Source: Raillietiella orientalis (lineage: Eukaryota). Taken from it: a DNA stretch of 64,000 bases. The translations under genes were made by a program, and so were the position numbers. How positions within the stretch are numbered: the stretch's first letter is position 1; each line of letters opens with the position of its first letter. Below are positions 61,987-64,000 of the stretch, one piece after another. Location of the stretch: positions 2,418,001-2,482,000 of the forward strand of contig JAYWIR010000012.1 in NCBI GenBank assembly GCA_036172245.1, given 5' to 3'. Below the pieces are notes generated by a model. That model was not told the DNA's origin and ran no database searches. It saw nothing but the letters and a program-made list of their open reading frames with translations.

Positions 61987-64000
61987 CCAGGAACGCGTTC
62001 GTTCCTCTGCCCGGAGTCCGCGCCCCTCCCTCCCTGGGGGAGAGAGGGGAGGAGGAGGCCGGAAGGAAGGAGGAGGAAGAAGAAGCAAACGCGACCGGCG
62101 TGGCCGCCGCCCCAGCGGCCGCAAGCAGGAAGACGGGAGCCGGGAGAGTTGGCTATTTCTCTCCCCGGGAGCGACGGTTGCGTCGCCGGGAGATGCGACG
62201 GTGGAGACCCCGTGAGGCGGGGGAGCGCCCGTTCCGGGCGATTAAAGCATCCCGACGCCTCTTCCCGTGTTTTCTTCCAGCGGGGAGGGGGGCAAAAGCC
62301 GCCTCCCGCCCGTCTCTGGTGAAGCCTCCGGGAGGGCGAGATCGGCCTCCGAGTGCACAGCCCAGGGGGACCCCTCGGCAGTGGCGGGACGGAGCCATGG
62401 CGGCTTCCAGGAAGTGGCCCTTCCCTCCCCCGCCCCTCCTCCTTACCTCCCCACACCCTCTCCTCCACACACCCTCCCCTCATCCCTCCCGTTCCCTCTC
62501 ATCCTGAGGGAGCTCCCTCCATCGGAAGCGTCCAGGGAGCGAGCCCTCGTCCCAGCGGGCGAGGGAAGGGGGAACTTCTCCCGGAGGCAACCGAAGTCCA
62601 GGCACTGCGGAGCCCAGGAAGTGCTGGTCACGTGAGGGAAATGGGGAAAGCAATCCCGCGGCGCCGCTGGCCCTCGTCCCGGAAGGTCTGATGAGTTGTG
62701 GGGTAAGCGGGGATGCCTGCGCAAGGTGCGCAGTCCCTCCATTCCTCTTCGAGACCCCATCCCTCGCGGGGAATCCTTTTCATCCCTGCCAGTTGGTCCT
62801 AGGCAACCGCAACGTACTCGCGCAGAGGAGTGAGGATAGGAGATGGGATGGACTAGAGTATGGGGAGGGATGAGTGCGTTTCCCTACTCGGCTGCCCCTC
62901 TCTCCCGCCTTCTTCCTGCTCGCAGGCCCTCTGAGGGAAGCGAAGAATGGGGGAGTCTCCGTGCGGAGAGTCTCCCGCGACCCGGTCGGGAACGACCGTC
63001 TCAAAGACATCCCGGGACATCGTCCCGGGACTCCTTCGTGCGCAGAGAGGGAGGGAGGGAAGGAAGAGAGGGCGGGCGGAGGAGGAGAAGAGGAAGACTC
63101 GGAAGCAAGCGAATGTAGCGCCCTGAGGATCCAGCGGCGGGCGTAGGAAGTCGCCACCTCTCATCCACGTTGCCCTGCTAATTAAGGAAGGCCGAGGTCC
63201 CTAAATGGCCGGAGATTGCGATCGCAGCGACATCTTGATGGCAGTCTGGGCGCCTGGACCACTCCGTCATCACTCATCCTGTCTGTTGATAATGGCGGGT
63301 GATGCGCGGCGCTATCTGCTCGGCTCCGTCAGGGGCTCTCCATCGCCCGCGCGCCTCCGCGGAGCCGGGGCGCCGGCAGGCGAGCCTGGTGCCCCGGCGA
63401 CAGCGCAAGCGCGGGCGGGCGCCGAAGCGCCGCCCGCGGGACGTTGCTGGGCGGGGAGCGCTGGCGCGCGCGCGCGCTCGAGAGAGAGGGAGGGAGGGGA
63501 GAGACAAGGGAATGGGGTCCCGTCTGAGAGCTGCGGAGGGAAGAGAGCCTTGTTTCCCGCCGTTCACCCTCCCACCCTTGAGAGAAGAAGGATGGGTGGG
63601 GGCGACCCGCGGTCCTCCCTCCCTCCCCCTGCTCTCCTCCCCCCTTCCCGCTCTTTCATCCGAATTTATATGTCCCCGAGCGATCTGCGCCCGCATGCAA
63701 GGAAGACGCCCGCATGCAGGCTGTCTCTGGCTTGCTCGTTAATATTCCGGGAAGGTAAGATCGATGTCATCAGTGCGTCCCTTCTCCATGGCAACTCATT
63801 ACGAAACGGAGATAACTGGATGGCATCCGAGGACTAATGGAAAACCCGTGTTAGAACAACGGCGACGTGTTCATTAGGCCGTCGGCGCGATCCCAAGGCC
63901 TTCCGGCGCTGACGACGGAAGGTGGCGCGCAAGCTCGAGGAGAGAGGCAGCGGCGCCCCCTCGTTCGGCTCCGGGGAGTGCGTCCTGTCGACGGGTCGAC

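Noticed and set aside
1..64000. CRISPR array, rRNA or operon-like prokaryotic system
   Set aside because: No regularly spaced repeats or rRNA signatures, coding density is very low, and the real genes have spliceosomal introns.

Overview
Eukaryotic genomic DNA, probably from an arthropod (inferred from the ara/caup-type Iroquois protein and the TE families). It is mostly GC-rich with many purine/pyrimidine tracts and has an AT-rich trough at about 38.4-45.7 kb. Two spliced genes are supported and they point away from each other. (1) Two exons of a GPR158/GPR179-family receptor ectodomain on the minus strand (16719-17713 and 1766-1880, joined in phase across a 14.8-kb GT-AG intron; the gene presumably continues off the left edge). 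(2) A complete four-exon Iroquois TALE homeobox gene on the plus strand (59136-61986, 435 aa). The roughly 41 kb between them has no intact gene that I can recognise. It holds heavily decayed transposon fossils read by eye from ordered motif remnants: RNase H-type LINEs, three same-strand Helitron Rep/helicase remnants and a possible hAT transposase. It also holds an intronless NADP-isocitrate dehydrogenase pseudogene. The most unusual structure is that this IDH retrocopy sits, in the same orientation, between a LINE gag remnant and a LINE RT-thumb/RNase H remnant, where the EN-RT core should be. Fossil boundaries are approximate and need profile searches. I found no CRISPR array, rRNA, credible tRNA or prokaryotic system, and almost all ORFs in the supplied track are GC-rich noise.
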